DNA from: Candidatus Saccharimonadota bacterium
Lineage (GTDB): Bacteria; Patescibacteriota; Microgenomatia; UBA1406; GWC2-37-13
NCBI GenBank assembly: GCA_016699265.1
Contig: CP064967.1
Location: 480,001-512,000 of the forward strand
Length of the DNA stretch: 32,000 bases
Direction of reading: 5' to 3'
Below are positions 30,504-32,000 of this stretch, piece after piece. Position numbers and translations under genes: made by a program. Numbering within the stretch: the stretch's first letter is position 1; each line of letters starts with the position of its first letter. The notes beneath the pieces were generated by a model that did no database searches, was not told where the DNA came from, and saw only the letters and a program-made list of their open reading frames with translations.

Positions 30504-32000
30504 ATGAATCGGCTCTTCACAGGAACCAAAAACCTTTTCTTAAGTAAACAGCGAACGATCATTTCTTCAACCCTGATAGTAGCAACCACGATCATCCTCT
30601 CAAGTCTCTTTGGATTCATGAGATACCGCGTATTAGCGGGCTATTTTAGTAAGGAGGAACTTGACATCTTCTTTGCCTCTTTCAGAATACCAGATATAGT
30701 ATTTGAACTTTTGATTTCTGGGGCATTAACAACCTCGTTTGTCCCTATTTTCATCAAATACCAAAAGGACAAAAAGGAGCTCGATGTCAATATCTCGTCC
30801 ATTATAAATATCACGACCTTAATTCTTTTTTTACTCATTCTAGTTCTGTTTTTTACAGCTGACTGGATAATTCCACTCATAACGCCAGGCTTTACGGGAG
30901 CTAAGATTCAAAGTGTAATTTACTACTCCAAAATCCTCCTTCTAGGACAACTTCCGTTTCTTGTCCTGAGCAATGTTCTGACAGGTCTAGGTCAAGCGAA
31001 CAAGACCTTTATAATCTCGTCGATCGCACCAATCGCTTATAACATAATTATCATCATTGCAACCATCGCCTTTTCAACCCAGTTTCATCTTCTTGCTCCG
31101 GTGGTAGGTGTAGTTGCGGGCTCAGCCGTTATGTTCTTGATGCAAATTCCCCTTTTTTACTCTTCACACTTCACCTATCAAAGAATAGTGAAGTTTACTA
31201 AGGGACTGAGAGAGTTCTATCGATTGGTAGTTCCTAGACTCGTAACCGTTCTTGCAGCTCAGATTGACGCAACGATCGACCTTACCCTAACGACTCTTAT
31301 GCAACCTGGGTCATACACAGTATTTTATCTTGCTCAGAGACTTCAACTATTACCTGTCTCTATAATTGGAATATCGTTTGGACAGGCATCCTTGCCATAT
31401 ATTACTGAGGTATATCAGGAGAAGAAAATCGAAGAATTTAGAAAAATAATTACCGAGTCCATACTAAGCCTGTTGTTTCTTACAATACCTATGGCAAGCT
31501 TTTTCATCATAGCGCGAACTCCGCTAGTTCGTATGTTTTTTGGAGGGGATAAGTTCGACTGGAATGCTACTGTACAAACAGCCATTACACTTTCATACTT
31601 TGCTCTAGCAATTCCTCTCCACTCTCTCTACTATTTTTTAACACGTTGTTTCTATGCATTTTTGGACAGTAAGACACCTTTTTACGCGAGCGTGTTTTCG
31701 ATCGGAATTAACATCTTACTCAGCTTAAGCTTTATTTTTATTTTCCATCTACCCGTTTGGGCATTGGCCATTGCCTTTACCGTTTCCATAACTGTCAATG
31801 TTTGGATTCTGCTATATAAACTTGCAAAAAGAATTCAGGGATTCGAGTATCGAGTACTAATCCACGAACTCCTTAAAATATTTTTTGTAACGTTCTTGGC
31901 CGCTTTCTTCTCCTACTGGCTAATGAAAATCCTTGACGGGCTAGTCCTCGATACGACTCGTACAATAAACGTTATTTTTCTTCTTGCGATTGTAGGAGTT
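30504..32000 (+). CDS. murJ: Lipid II flippase MurJ (MviN), 3'-partial; not in supplied ORF track
   Basis: Hand translation from the ATG at 30504 stays open to the window end (499 codons). It reads MNRLFTGTKNLFLSKQRTIISSTLIVATTIILSSLFGFMRYRVLAGYFSKEELDIFFASFRIPDIVFELLISGALTTSFVPIFIKY..., then ...YLAQRLQLLPVSIIGISFGQASLPY... and ...DSKTPFYASVFSIGINILLS. All are typical MurJ/MOP-family blocks. Confidence 0.85.
   Translation, partial: MNRLFTGTKNLFLSKQRTIISSTLIVATTIILSSLFGFMRYRVLAGYFSKEELDIFFASFRIPDIVFELLISGALTTSFVPIFIKYQKDKKELDVNISSIINITTLILFLLILVLFFTADWIIPLITPGFTGAKIQSVIYYSKILLLGQLPFLVLSNVLTGLGQANKTFIISSIAPIAYNIIIIIATIAFSTQFHLLAPVVGVVAGSAVMFLMQIPLFYSSHFTYQRIVKFTKGLREFYRLVVPRLVTVLAAQIDATIDLTLTTLMQPGSYTVFYLAQRLQLLPVSIIGISFGQASLPYITEVYQEKKIEEFRKIITESILSLLFLTIPMASFFIIARTPLVRMFFGGDKFDWNATVQTAITLSYFALAIPLHSLYYFLTRCFYAFLDSKTPFYASVFSIGINILLSLSFIFIFHLPVWALAIAFTVSITVNVWILLYKLAKRIQGFEYRVLIHELLKIFFVTFLAAFFSYWLMKILDGLVLDTTRTINVIFLLAIVGV

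Noticed and set aside
30641-30880. A 79-aa minus-strand ORF.
   Set aside because: It is antisense to the murJ coding sequence, which gives a continuous MurJ-like translation from 30504 to the window end.

Overview
This looks like an AT-rich chromosomal segment from a small bacterial genome. The gene content and fused or shortened genes suggest a Patescibacteria/CPR-like organism, but that is inference only. Standard code 11 fits: long conserved genes have no in-frame UGA. About 80% of the window is a minus-strand housekeeping block. From high to low coordinates it reads mraZ, rsmH fused to an ftsL-like segment, ftsI, a murE-like ligase, pgeF, murC, murB, a disrupted murA, dgkA, mraY, ftsW, murG, ftsQ, ftsA and ftsZ. 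Two unknown genes follow, then ileS, rodA, rplU, rpmA and a ParB-like gene. lepB lies on the plus strand. murJ (30504..32000+) is divergent from mraZ and is absent from the ORF track because it runs off the window. The accessory part is the left ~7 kb. The main find is a compact thiazole/oxazole (LAP/TOMM) RiPP cluster at the left edge. It has a 5'-truncated YcaO cyclodehydratase, a translationally coupled SagB-type dehydrogenase, and an 81-aa precursor. The precursor core is almost entirely Gly/Ser/Cys with repeated G-S-C units (microcin B17-like) and ends in an unusual cationic tail. An APH-fold kinase and a small HExxH protein converge on the cluster, and the whole set sits at the 3' end of tRNA-Lys(CUU). 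Other observations: murA carries an in-frame TAG plus a frameshift. rsmH has no stop codon and reads through into an FtsL-like segment. Several reading-frame breaks coincide with homopolymer runs. An identical 24-bp palindrome occurs twice. A family of 7-bp and 9-bp tandem repeats fills the dcw intergenic spacers; two of these arrays form a 27/29 inverted-repeat pair 8.6 kb apart. A 10-bp-periodic AACCAT triplet lies at the mraZ 5' end. No rRNA, CRISPR array, transposase or integrase was seen.
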